Part shown: positions 41,852-50,366 of the stretch, piece by piece
Position numbering within the stretch: the stretch's first letter is position 1
Layout: every line of letters begins with the position of its first letter
Assembly: GCA_030693415.1 (NCBI GenBank)
Contig: JAUYAR010000094.1
Span: 10,061 to 74,060, forward strand
Reading direction: 5' to 3'
Length of the DNA: 64,000 bases
DNA from: Candidatus Cloacimonadaceae bacterium
GTDB lineage: Bacteria; Cloacimonadota; Cloacimonadia; Cloacimonadales; Cloacimonadaceae
Translations under genes and position numbers: made by a program
The notes under the pieces: generated by a model
What the model saw: the letters and a program-made list of their open reading frames with translations, nothing else
Told to the model about the DNA's origin: nothing
The model's database searches: none

Positions 41852-43096
41852 TCAGATCAGTTTTTTGGTTTCTGCAAGGGATTCTTTGATGGCGTTGACC
41901 GTGTAATCCAGGTCTTCCTTCGTATGCCGATAGCAGATGTAACCGTGATGATAGGGCTGCAAAAACACGCCGCGGCGAATCAGTTGAGTATAAAACTCGT
42001 TTCTCAGATTCTTATACAAACCGGTTTCGTCTTTTGGGAAAGTGATGAAAGGCATCCAGGGCGCTCCGGAAAAACGAACCGGCATGCCGGATTCACCGAT
42101 CACCTTTTCCACCTGTTCGGCAAAATACCATCCTTTCTCGGCGATAGTTTCCATCACCCTGTTTTGCTTCAGAAACTCGATCGTTTTCAACGCTGCAATC
42201 TGGGCATCGCTATTGGGGAAAAATGTCGAAGATAGGAAGACCTTGTCCGCCATCACTTTCATGATCCTGCTTATGCCTACCAAAGCGGCAATGGCATATC
42301 CGTTTGCCATGGCTTTGCCGATAGTGGAGAGATCCGGAGTCACCCCAAAAAGAGCTTGCGCTCCGCCAATGTGGCATCTGAAACCGCTGCGGATCTCGTC
42401 AAAAATCAACACACAGCCATATTGATCGGCGAGTTTGCGCACCCCTTCCAAGTATCCGGGAGCGGGCATCTGAACCTCTGCTGCCAAAGGATGCCCCACC
42501 GGAGTGATGATGATTGCCGCCATGTCGTCATGGTTGTTCTTTAAAATCTCTTCAAGTTGGTGCAGGTCGTTGTAGTGAAACTCGATCACGTCTTCATAGA
42601 ACTTTTGCGGGATGCCGCCTTTGACTTCCACGCACCAGTCGTGCCAGCCGTGATAGCCGCAACGCGCGATCTTGAGTTTGCCGGTATAAGCTCTGGCGAC
42701 GCGGATGGCGATGGTGGTAGCGTCGCTGCCGGTTTTGACAAATGCCGCCATTTCACAGCAGGGGATGATTTCCTTGAGCGCTTTGACAAGCTCGTTTTGT
42801 GTTTGCTGGGTTAGAGAAAAACAAAAGCCCTTATTTTTTATCTGATCGATCACCGCGTCATCGATCTCTTCCTCGCGGTAACCGATACTGATGGGACCGT
42901 ATGCACAAAGATAATCGATGTATTCGTTTCCGTCCACGTCGATCACGTGACCGCCCTTGCCGGATTCAAAAAAGATCGGATACTCTCCCAGAACGAAATT
43001 GTAGGGACGTCTGATCCCTGCAACTCCGCCGGGCACAAGGGTCTGCGCTTCTTCAAAGAGCGCGAAGCTTTTGTCCAGTTTCAATTTATCTGCCAT
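41852..43096 (-). CDS. class III PLP aminotransferase (glutamate-1-semialdehyde aminomutase-like)
   Basis: 414 aa. LVPGGV, FDEIRSGFR and the PLP-lysine context STIGKAMANG. Substrate is unknown. Confidence 0.75.
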   Translation of the reverse strand: MADKLKLDKSFALFEEAQTLVPGGVAGIRRPYNFVLGEYPIFFESGKGGHVIDVDGNEYIDYLCAYGPISIGYREEEIDDAVIDQIKNKGFCFSLTQQTQNELVKALKEIIPCCEMAAFVKTGSDATTIAIRVARAYTGKLKIARCGYHGWHDWCVEVKGGIPQKFYEDVIEFHYNDLHQLEEILKNNHDDMAAIIITPVGHPLAAEVQMPAPGYLEGVRKLADQYGCVLIFDEIRSGFRCHIGGAQALFGVTPDLSTIGKAMANGYAIAALVGISRIMKVMADKVFLSSTFFPNSDAQIAALKTIEFLKQNRVMETIAEKGWYFAEQVEKVIGESGMPVRFSGAPWMPFITFPKDETGLYKNLRNEFYTQLIRRGVFLQPYHHGYICYRHTKEDLDYTVNAIKESLAETKKLI

Positions 43097-43108
43097 GATG
43101 ATTCTCCT

Positions 43109-44305
43109 TTATCTTTCCCACAGACTGGCGATGCCCATTCCGCCGCCGATACAAAGCGATGCCAAGCCTTTGTGCAAATCGCGTTTTTTCATTTCATGCA
43201 ACAAGCTCACAATAATGCGAGTGCCGCTGGCTCCGATGGGATGTCCCAAAGCGATGGCTCCGCCATTGACGTTGACGATTGAGTGATCGAGCTTGCCTAT
43301 GTTTTCCAATTCCAAGCCTTTCAGCACAGCAAGAGATTGCGCGGCAAAGGCTTCGTTGAGCTCAGCCAGCTCGATTTGACCGAGTTTCCAGTTTGCTTTT
43401 TGTAATACTTTGGCAATCGCGGGCACAGGTCCGAAACCCATTTCAGAAGGGTCAACACCCGCGGAAGCGCTGTTCACGAATCGGGCAAGGATTTCCAATC
43501 CAAGCTCGTTTGCCTTGTCTTCGCTCATGAGCATGATCATCGCGGCACCGTCATTGATCCCGGAAGAATTCGCGGCAGTCACACTGCCGTCGGATTTGAA
43601 CGCGGGACGAAGCTTGGCGAGGCTGTCTTGAGTCACGCCTCTGCGCGGCATTTCATCGGTGTCGATGACGATCGGCTCCCCTTTTCTTTGGGGAATTTCG
43701 ATGGGGACGATTTCGTCTTTAAATCTACCGGAGAAGATAGCGGTTTCGGTTTTGTTTTGACTGGCAGCGGCAAAGGCATCCTGTTCTTCCCGGGAGATAG
43801 CATATTTCTCTGCCAGGTTTTCGGCAGTGATGCCCATGTGGTAATTGTTGAAAACGTCGCTGAGTCCGTCTCTGACCATCAGATCGATCAATTCCCGATT
43901 TCCCATCTTGGCTCCCCAGCGGGTATCCATTGAGACATAAGGTATCTGGCTCATGTTTTCAGATCCGCCCGCGATGATAATCTCCGCTTCGCCGGACGCG
44001 ATCATCAAAGCTGCCAGAGCCACCGATTTCATTCCCGAGCCGCAAACTTTGTTCACAGTGTAGGCAGGAACGGAAACCGGAATGCCGCTGTGAATTGCTA
44101 TTTGGCGCGCGACGTTTTGTCCCATTCCCGCTCCGCAGACGTTGCCGATGATCACTTCATCGATCCTGTCCGCTTGGATGCCGGTTTCTTCCAAAAGAGC
44201 TTTGAGCACTGCCGTGCCAAGCTGAGCCGCGGAAACGTCTTTGAACGCTCCGCCGAAATTACCGATCGCAGTTCGTTTTGCGCAAACGACCACAACTGAT
44301 TTCAT
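43109..44305 (-). CDS. acetyl-CoA C-acetyltransferase (thiolase II)
   Basis: ORF 43109..44317 opens at GTG; ATG M5 (44305) follows GGAGG. Thiolase motifs [27 protein letters not shown] and CIGGGMGIA. Confidence 0.9.
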   Translation of the reverse strand: MKSVVVVCAKRTAIGNFGGAFKDVSAAQLGTAVLKALLEETGIQADRIDEVIIGNVCGAGMGQNVARQIAIHSGIPVSVPAYTVNKVCGSGMKSVALAALMIASGEAEIIIAGGSENMSQIPYVSMDTRWGAKMGNRELIDLMVRDGLSDVFNNYHMGITAENLAEKYAISREEQDAFAAASQNKTETAIFSGRFKDEIVPIEIPQRKGEPIVIDTDEMPRRGVTQDSLAKLRPAFKSDGSVTAANSSGINDGAAMIMLMSEDKANELGLEILARFVNSASAGVDPSEMGFGPVPAIAKVLQKANWKLGQIELAELNEAFAAQSLAVLKGLELENIGKLDHSIVNVNGGAIALGHPIGASGTRIIVSLLHEMKKRDLHKGLASLCIGGGMGIASLWER

Positions 44306-44423
44306 GGTATCCTCCACTTGGTTTCTTATTCTTTAATGCAAGTCTTAAAAAGCCCGCGATTTGGTCAATAGCAATTTGAGCAAAATTGGAGATGATGGAA
44401 GAATCTTCGCCAATGAAAGAGCT

Positions 44424-44987
44424 TCAAGGTTTTGAGATGGCGCTTACCGGACAGCCGTCAAAATCATCACCATTGCCATTGATGCAGATACCGCAATCGA
44501 TGCATTTGTCAGCATCGATCACCGCCTTGCCTTTGACCATAGTGATGGCATCCACTGGACAATAGATCACACAGAGTTTGCAGCCGATGCATTTATCGGG
44601 ATTGACCTTGGGTTTGGTGCTTTTTGCTGTCTCCACCGGCTTGACATTCTTGATTGGTTTTTGCGCAGCCACTGGTGCCACAGAGGAGCTAAGCTCTCTT
44701 TCAGATTGAACAGTGCGTGGTTGCAGACTGTCTTCCACCGCCAAAGCGCCACCGATATCAATGATCGATTTTTGCTTCACCGGCACCTTGATCCCGATCA
44801 CGCATCTCTTGCAGCCAATGCATTTGTTGCTGTCGATCACAGCTTTTTGACCTACCATTGAGATCGCGTCCACTGGGCAGACGGGCACGGTTTCATATCT
44901 TGGAAAGATTCCCAATCCGGAGAGCAGCAACAATATAGCGATGCCGGAAAGGAGGATTATGACGATAGTAGTGGAGATTTTGTTCAT
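44424..44987 (-). CDS. membrane-anchored multi-[4Fe-4S] ferredoxin-domain protein
   Basis: ORF 44424..45023. The start is set at M13 (44987, ATGA overlap with the upstream stop). One N-terminal TM helix. Cys motifs CPVDAI...CIGCKRC and CIGCKLCVIYCPVDAI...CIDCGIC...CPVSAI. Confidence 0.65.
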   Translation of the reverse strand: MNKISTTIVIILLSGIAILLLLSGLGIFPRYETVPVCPVDAISMVGQKAVIDSNKCIGCKRCVIGIKVPVKQKSIIDIGGALAVEDSLQPRTVQSERELSSSVAPVAAQKPIKNVKPVETAKSTKPKVNPDKCIGCKLCVIYCPVDAITMVKGKAVIDADKCIDCGICINGNGDDFDGCPVSAISKP

Positions 44988-45772
44988 TCGAACTCCTCGG
45001 AATAGGTTCCCGGTTTGGGACATTTTTCAGCACAAATTTGACAATGGATGCAATTTGGATCGCGCACATATTCGTATTCGGCGATATTGATATTCATCGG
45101 GCAATAGAGCATACAGACTCCGCAATCGTTGCAGCGTTCAAGATTACGTTTTACCTTTCTGCGTTTGAGCCCAATTCTGGCTCCGATCCACTGAAAGACG
45201 TTCATCAACGCCGCATAGGGACACAAAAACCTGCACCAAAACCGTTCGGTGAAAAAGCCTGCGAACAGGATCAATACCAATAGCAGCAAACCCCTTTGCC
45301 CGATGATGGGAAGCCGCGAAAGCGCGTAGAAAGGACATAATTGAATAAACAGATATCCCACGCCACGGATGACCATGACCGACGTGAGCAGCAGGATCAG
45401 GTATTTGACGAAGGCATACTTGCGCTCATAGAGCCATGGCACACGTTTCTTGGTCCGGTACTTTTTGCTGCGTAATGCGAAAACGCCTTCCTGAGCAGTG
45501 CCCAGAGGACAGACATAGGCACAAAACTTCCTGCCGCGAAACATGCCATAGACAAGGATGAGGAAACCGGCAAAGATCGACAGCCAGGCAATGGTATTCG
45601 CCAGCTGGAGAAAGGTCGTTCCGCTCAATCCGAAACAGACGATCGCATAAGGACAACCCTGATGGATACTTAAGCGTGTTCCTGCTATCGTCAATGCCAG
45701 AAAAGCAAGCGAGAGCAACAAAAACAAGAGCTGAATCGCCAGCCTGATCTTTTGTGAACGTTCCATCTTCAT
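44984..45772 (-). CDS. NapH/MauN-like integral-membrane polyferredoxin
   Basis: 262 aa with several TM helices. Membrane-proximal Cys motifs ([23 protein letters not shown]) plus two C-terminal CxxCxxCxxxCP motifs (CNDCGVCMLYCP, CIHCQICAEKCP). Confidence 0.65.
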   Translation of the reverse strand: MKMERSQKIRLAIQLLFLLLSLAFLALTIAGTRLSIHQGCPYAIVCFGLSGTTFLQLANTIAWLSIFAGFLILVYGMFRGRKFCAYVCPLGTAQEGVFALRSKKYRTKKRVPWLYERKYAFVKYLILLLTSVMVIRGVGYLFIQLCPFYALSRLPIIGQRGLLLLVLILFAGFFTERFWCRFLCPYAALMNVFQWIGARIGLKRRKVKRNLERCNDCGVCMLYCPMNINIAEYEYVRDPNCIHCQICAEKCPKPGTYSEEFE

Positions 45773-46593
45773 GCTTTATGCTCCCTTCGCTCGGCGGCGC
45801 TTTTCCTTTGCCGGTAAGGATTCGCGTCCTGATAGAGCAGTTCGTGATAGACTGCCCTTGTCTCCTGATGGAAGATGCCGATATAGATATCTTCGGTTGA
45901 TCTTGCCAGCGTGAGAGCCTGCGAAAGCTTGTCCGGAACGATTTCCAAATGCTTGACTTTTTGGTTGAAAAGCTGATAGGTGTTGTTATATGCCACGCAT
46001 GGCTGCAGCACTTCCACGAAGGAGAACCCCTTGTGCTGCACTGCTTTGACGATCATCTCGCAGAGGTGATCGATACGCGCGCTATAGGCTCTGGCGACGA
46101 ACGTGGCACCCGCTTCGATCAACAACGGCACGGCATCAAAAGGCTTTTCGATGCTTCCGAAGGGAGTGGAAAGTCCTTTGTAACCTTGAAAACTAAGCGG
46201 TGAAAACTGCCCGGTCGTGAGTCCGTAATTTCCGTTGTTGTGCAGGATCAAAGTGATGTCCATATTGCGTTTGGCGGCAAAAAGCGTATGTTCCAAACCC
46301 TCGCCGAGGCTGTCTCCGTCTCCGCCGAAGCTGATGATTTTGAGATCCGGATTTGCGAGTTTGATGCCCTGTGCAGTTGCCAGGGCGCGGCCATGCAAGC
46401 CATAGATACCGCTGAGATTGAGGTAATCAAAGATCTTCCCATGGCATCCGATTCCGGCGGTGATAACGATATCGTCTGTTCCGACTTCTTTAGCGTTCAA
46501 ATCATGGATGGCTTTTTTAACAGCATTGATGATGCCAAAGTTTCCGCAGCCGCTGCACCAGGTATTGGCTTTATTGGTGTCCAGTTCACGCAT
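45769..46593 (-). CDS. 2-oxoacid:ferredoxin oxidoreductase, beta (TPP-binding) subunit
   Basis: ORF 45769..46650. The start is set at M20 (46593), preceded by GAGGAGG. WCSGCGNFG and GGDGD TPP-binding motifs. Confidence 0.85.
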   Translation of the reverse strand: MRELDTNKANTWCSGCGNFGIINAVKKAIHDLNAKEVGTDDIVITAGIGCHGKIFDYLNLSGIYGLHGRALATAQGIKLANPDLKIISFGGDGDSLGEGLEHTLFAAKRNMDITLILHNNGNYGLTTGQFSPLSFQGYKGLSTPFGSIEKPFDAVPLLIEAGATFVARAYSARIDHLCEMIVKAVQHKGFSFVEVLQPCVAYNNTYQLFNQKVKHLEIVPDKLSQALTLARSTEDIYIGIFHQETRAVYHELLYQDANPYRQRKSAAERREHKA

Positions 46594-48253
46594 GGATCGC
46601 CTCCTCGAGCAGGTTGGCAAGCTTGATGGGATCGAAAGCACGCCCGTCATATTTGAGGATGTTCCGCTTTGTTTGAAGTTTCAATTTCCACTGAAGAAAC
46701 CTGGCAAACTGACCGGTGGAGCTGTGTTCCACCACGATCGCCGCTTTGCCTTCATATTCTTTAAGTTCTTCAAAAGGAAAGGGTTCCAGATAGATTGGCG
46801 CCACGATTCTGAAACCGGAATCAGTATATTTAAGTGCTTCACGCAATTCCATCACTGTGGAGCCATAGGCAAAGATCACGTTTTCTCCATTGCCATAAAC
46901 CGCCACTCTTTGATACTTCCGTGTGGCTTTTTCAAGAACGGCGTTTTTACGGTTGCGTTTGTCTTTCATCGCGATCATAGCACCGGCGGCATCGGTTCTG
47001 AGCCCGGTCTCAAAATGTTCATGACTGTTCCATTTGACAACACTTTCAGGACAATCCTGCGGAAACTGCAACGGCGAAATTCCGCTCTCGGTGATCGCAT
47101 AACGCTTGTAATCTTTTGAGCAGTTATCCATAAGGCATGACGCCTCCGGAAGTGAAGTCTGATCAAGGTGGAGGTTTCTCATGTCCTCGGAAAGCTGTTT
47201 TTCGGTGAGCAGGATCGCAGGTGTTTGCACTTCCCAGGCAAGGGAAAGCAATTCCGCTGCCAGTGAAAAAGCCCGTTCATGACAATCCGGTGATGCGACC
47301 ACGCGCGGAAACTCCCCATGTCCCTGATTGATGGCAAACCATAGGTCTTCCTGTGCCGTATATGTGGAAACTCCGGTTGCTGGTCCGGGACGCGAAGTAA
47401 GCACACACAAAAGCGGAGCTTCCACGATTCCCGCCATGGAAAAAGCTTCCTGCATCAATGCGAATCCGCCTCCACTGCTTCCAACTGCCGATCTGCAACC
47501 CGCGACCGCACTTCCAATCGCCATATTGATCGCTGCCAGTTCGCTTTCAGCATGGATGGCATAGATCCCAAGGCTTTCCTTTTTCAGTGCCAGATAGTGC
47601 AGCAGCGAGGAAGCCGGGGTCATTGGATAGGCAAAATAGAAATCCAAACCTGCATAATATGCTCCCAGCCCGATTGCCTGATTTCCTGATAGAAACCGAT
47701 ACTGATGATCAAAGGGATGATCCATCGGCTCGGAACTTTTCTTGATTACAAGCTCGTAAATCTCATCTGCAAAAGCGATATTTTCCGCGATATTTCGCTT
47801 AAACTGTTGCTTGATAGTGTTGCGCATAATATATTGGTGGATAGAATGATGGGCACAAAAGATCGCTATCGCCACAATGCCGATGTTCGATCCTTCCGGA
47901 TAGTGCTTTTTCATGATCGAGGTCATCGGGATGCCTGCTCCGTCTTCAAGATCGCTTTCATCGCTATTGCAGAAAAGGACTCCACCCGGTTTGAGAAATC
48001 CCGCGTGCTCTTCGACGCTGCGGTGATCGAAACAGATGATCAGATCGGCATCCTGATAAGCGGCATAAACGGTTTCGTCCGAAGATGATACCGTGCTGAA
48101 ATTGTGCCCGCCTCTGATCAGGCTCTGATAATCATCCGCCTGATAAACCTGTTTTCCTGCTTGGCACAAAAGACCGGCGATCACCTGTGCGGCTTTTTTA
48201 ATGCCCTCTCCAGCTCTGCCACCGATCAATATCGTATATATATTTTCGCTCAC
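46586..48253 (-). CDS. 2-oxoacid:ferredoxin oxidoreductase, fused gamma-alpha subunit
   Basis: 555 aa with a GTG start after GGAG. N-terminal gamma-like segment (IGGRAGEGIKKAAQVIA), then an alpha-subunit core (YPMTPAS, GGGFALM). Confidence 0.85.
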   Translation of the reverse strand: MSENIYTILIGGRAGEGIKKAAQVIAGLLCQAGKQVYQADDYQSLIRGGHNFSTVSSSDETVYAAYQDADLIICFDHRSVEEHAGFLKPGGVLFCNSDESDLEDGAGIPMTSIMKKHYPEGSNIGIVAIAIFCAHHSIHQYIMRNTIKQQFKRNIAENIAFADEIYELVIKKSSEPMDHPFDHQYRFLSGNQAIGLGAYYAGLDFYFAYPMTPASSLLHYLALKKESLGIYAIHAESELAAINMAIGSAVAGCRSAVGSSGGGFALMQEAFSMAGIVEAPLLCVLTSRPGPATGVSTYTAQEDLWFAINQGHGEFPRVVASPDCHERAFSLAAELLSLAWEVQTPAILLTEKQLSEDMRNLHLDQTSLPEASCLMDNCSKDYKRYAITESGISPLQFPQDCPESVVKWNSHEHFETGLRTDAAGAMIAMKDKRNRKNAVLEKATRKYQRVAVYGNGENVIFAYGSTVMELREALKYTDSGFRIVAPIYLEPFPFEELKEYEGKAAIVVEHSSTGQFARFLQWKLKLQTKRNILKYDGRAFDPIKLANLLEEAIHA

Positions 48254-48508
48254 TTAAGCTCCATTTTCTGTTTGCAATCAATGACATTTTGGAGGTTTGA
48301 ATTGTCAACAAAAAAAGAAAAACTCTGTGTTTTTCAAGCTCGCAACTGGGACACGTATGAAGTGCAAGTGGCATGTAATCAACGAGAACTTTACTTCTGA
48401 CAGGCACATTTACAATTTAAGACCGATGAAAATAAGTCCGCTCCTTCTACTCAATATCTAAACCTAATGAAAATTGCCTTGGTGCATAAATCTATCTCAC
48501 GTGAAATC

Positions 48509-48548
48509 GGAATGGCTGTGGGGAATCAGAATTCCCCACAGCCATTCC
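48509..48548. repeat. perfect 18-bp-stem hairpin (loop CAGA)
   Basis: GGAATGGCTGTGGGGAAT (48509-26) is the exact reverse complement of ATTCCCCACAGCCATTCC (48531-48). CACGTG boxes lie at 48498-503 and 48555-560. Confidence 0.7.
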
Positions 48549-48590
48549 CTATGCCACGTGGTGATCAACGTGGAGATCAAGAAAAGATCA

Positions 48591-48615
48591 CCGCAGCATC
48601 GGCATGCTGCGCTAC
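48591..48615. repeat. 25-nt hairpin motif identical to 9150-9174
   Basis: CCGCAGCATCGGCATGCTGCGCTAC occurs at both loci in the same orientation. It contains the GCAGCAT-CGGC-ATGCTGC hairpin. Confidence 0.8.
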
Positions 48616-48624
48616 ATCCAAAGT

Positions 48625-48704
48625 GTTAATCAAGCCTTAATCAAGCGTTAATCAAGCGTTAGTTTTATTACGCTTGATTAACGCTTGATTAAGGCTTGAT
48701 TAAC
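48625..48704. repeat. perfect palindrome: 3 direct + 3 inverted 11-bp iterons (TTAATCAAGCS), 35-bp arms, 10-nt loop
   Basis: Arms 48625-48659 and 48670-48704 are exact reverse complements, with loop TAGTTTTATT. Direct units lie at 48626, 48637 and 48648; inverted units at 48671, 48682 and 48693. Confidence 0.85.
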
Positions 48705-48745
48705 GCAGCTAAGGCGGAAAGCAGCATGTCTCCACAATGGAAACG

Positions 48746-48802
48746 AAAAATTTGGGTAAAATTTGGGTAAAAATTTGGATAAAATGTGGGCAAAATCCCC
48801 AC
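48746..48802. repeat. five phased A-tract repeats (11-12 bp period)
   Basis: AAAAATTTGGGT / AAAATTTGGGT / AAAAATTTGGAT / AAAATGTGGGC / AAAATCCCCAC. The helical-repeat phasing of A4-5 tracts predicts intrinsic curvature. Confidence 0.7.
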
Positions 48803-49258
48803 AAACAGGTTCACAAAGGGATGAGGTTTTGCTAACATCAGTTTTGACACAAAATAAGCCCTGACAAGAATATACCTAACCCGTTGATGATAAAGGGCAT
48901 ATTTTGTGGTAAAACCAGAATTACGGGTATGGAAGATGCTGGGATGCAAGCCCCAAACCCTGAATTATCAGTTTGCCAAGCTATGGATTTCACGCATCAA
49001 TTTAGCTGAGACTTCGCTTTAACTCAAAACTTCGTCGCGGAAATCTGACTGCTGCATTAGATCCTTGTCAGGCGGAGTTTTAAGTCAAAACAGGCATTGT
49101 CAAAGCTGAGTAGCGTTTTTCAGTATTATTTTGGTGATGTTGAAAATTGTGCTGAGAGAGCAGGCAAAACATCAGAAAAAAAAGCTTGACGGAAATGAGC
49201 TTGATAAAAAGATTGGTCTATTATCGATAAAACTGATTGAAAAATACAAGGAGACATA

Positions 49259-49552
49259 ATGGTCAAGCTGAGACTAAGACGGATGGGTGCGAACGACAAA
49301 CCCTTTTACCGTATCGTTGCTGTCGATGCCCGTGTCAAGCGGGATGGAAAATACATCGAGTGCATCGGATGGTATGATCCCAAGCCCAATCCGCTAAAAC
49401 TAAACATTGAAACCGAAAGAGCCATATACTGGATGAGCGTAGGCGCTCAGCCCTCTGATACAGTTCGTTCGCTCTTGCGCAAAGCTGGAGTATTACAGAT
49501 CTGGCACGAGCGTAAAATTACCGAAAAGAAAGAAGAAGCTGCCGCAGAATAA
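49259..49552 (+). CDS. rpsP: 30S ribosomal protein S16
   Basis: 97 aa starting [34 protein letters not shown]..., the canonical S16 N-terminus. AAGGAG lies upstream. Confidence 0.93.
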   Translation: MVKLRLRRMGANDKPFYRIVAVDARVKRDGKYIECIGWYDPKPNPLKLNIETERAIYWMSVGAQPSDTVRSLLRKAGVLQIWHERKITEKKEEAAAE

Positions 49553-49577
49553 AGCGATTAAAATTGAGAGGTGAAAC

Positions 49578-49808
49578 ATGAAAGACTTGATTGAATTCAT
49601 GGTGAAAGCACTGGTGGACGATCCCAGTGAAGTGAATCTTACTGAGATTTCCGGAGACAAGATTACCCGTTATGAGCTTCGCGTCGCAAAAAGCGACATC
49701 GGTAAAGTCATTGGCAAACGTGGACGCACCGCAGGTGCCATCCGCACGATTATCAACGCTGTAAGTACGAAGCAGGGAAAGAGAGCAGAACTCGAAATTA
49801 TCGAGTAA
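49578..49808 (+). CDS. khpA: KH-domain RNA-binding protein (YlqC/KhpA family)
   Basis: 76 aa with the GxxG KH motif (IGKVIGKRGRTAGAIR). It holds the conserved position between rpsP and rimM. Confidence 0.8.
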   Translation: MKDLIEFMVKALVDDPSEVNLTEISGDKITRYELRVAKSDIGKVIGKRGRTAGAIRTIINAVSTKQGKRAELEIIE

Positions 49809-50357
49809 ATGAAAATCTCCGATCTGGTCGGAATCGGCAGGCTGGGCTCTTGTGATGCCCGAGGTTTTTATCGGGTTCTGATAAAGCCGGAATATATGTC
49901 CGTCTTTATGGAAACCGATGAGGTCTTTTTGATCTTTAACAGCGATAGAGTGTTTTACGTAACTATTAGTGAGAGAGAATTTTCAGATAGAAAAATCTGG
50001 ATCAGGTTCGCCGAAGACGGCATAGATATCGAGCGCGGGCTTCACAAGGAAGTGATTCTCGCCATCGAAAATATCGAAACCGACGAGGATGATGACCAAA
50101 TGGATGAACTGATCGGATACGACGTCATATTCTCCGGTATCCGCATCGGGCGGGTGAAAGACTATTTTCACAACAACGCCCAATATGTACTTGAGATCGA
50201 GACGGAGCTTGGTATCCAGATCCTGCTTCCCTACGTGGACTATTTCGTGGGGAATGAGGATGAGGAACATCGGCAACTGATCGTCCAAAATGTAGAAAGC
50301 ATTTTGGATAGCAATGATTTGGTGCTGGGTTCCTCGGGTTTGCGGAAAGCCCCTTGA
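49809..50357 (+). CDS. rimM: 16S rRNA processing protein RimM
   Basis: 182 aa. N-terminal IGRLGS...GFYRV and a C-terminal PRC-barrel-like LIGYDVIF..IGRVKDYFHNNAQYVLEI. Synteny rpsP-khpA-rimM-trmD. Confidence 0.75.
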   Translation: MKISDLVGIGRLGSCDARGFYRVLIKPEYMSVFMETDEVFLIFNSDRVFYVTISEREFSDRKIWIRFAEDGIDIERGLHKEVILAIENIETDEDDDQMDELIGYDVIFSGIRIGRVKDYFHNNAQYVLEIETELGIQILLPYVDYFVGNEDEEHRQLIVQNVESILDSNDLVLGSSGLRKAP

Positions 50358-50366
50358 GTAGCCAAT

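Noticed and set aside
40229-42235. Long antisense ORFs opposite pyrG (40229-41080, 283 aa; 41621-42235, 204 aa).
   Set aside because: Same codon-register artefact as in gdhA. The sense strand encodes a complete, canonical CTP synthase, and the antisense products have no recognisable features or RBS.
48625-48704. A possible CRISPR array, because of the short tandem repeats.
   Set aside because: The units are only 11 bp, are directly abutting with no spacers, and are arranged as an inverted palindrome. No cas genes are in the window.
48254-49258. A confident oriC call based on DnaA boxes.
   Set aside because: No perfect TTATCCACA/TGTGGATAA was found by eye, only 1-2-mismatch variants. dnaA is not in the window. 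My spot counts of G versus C on both sides did not show a clear sign change. I kept it only as a hypothesis in the findings.
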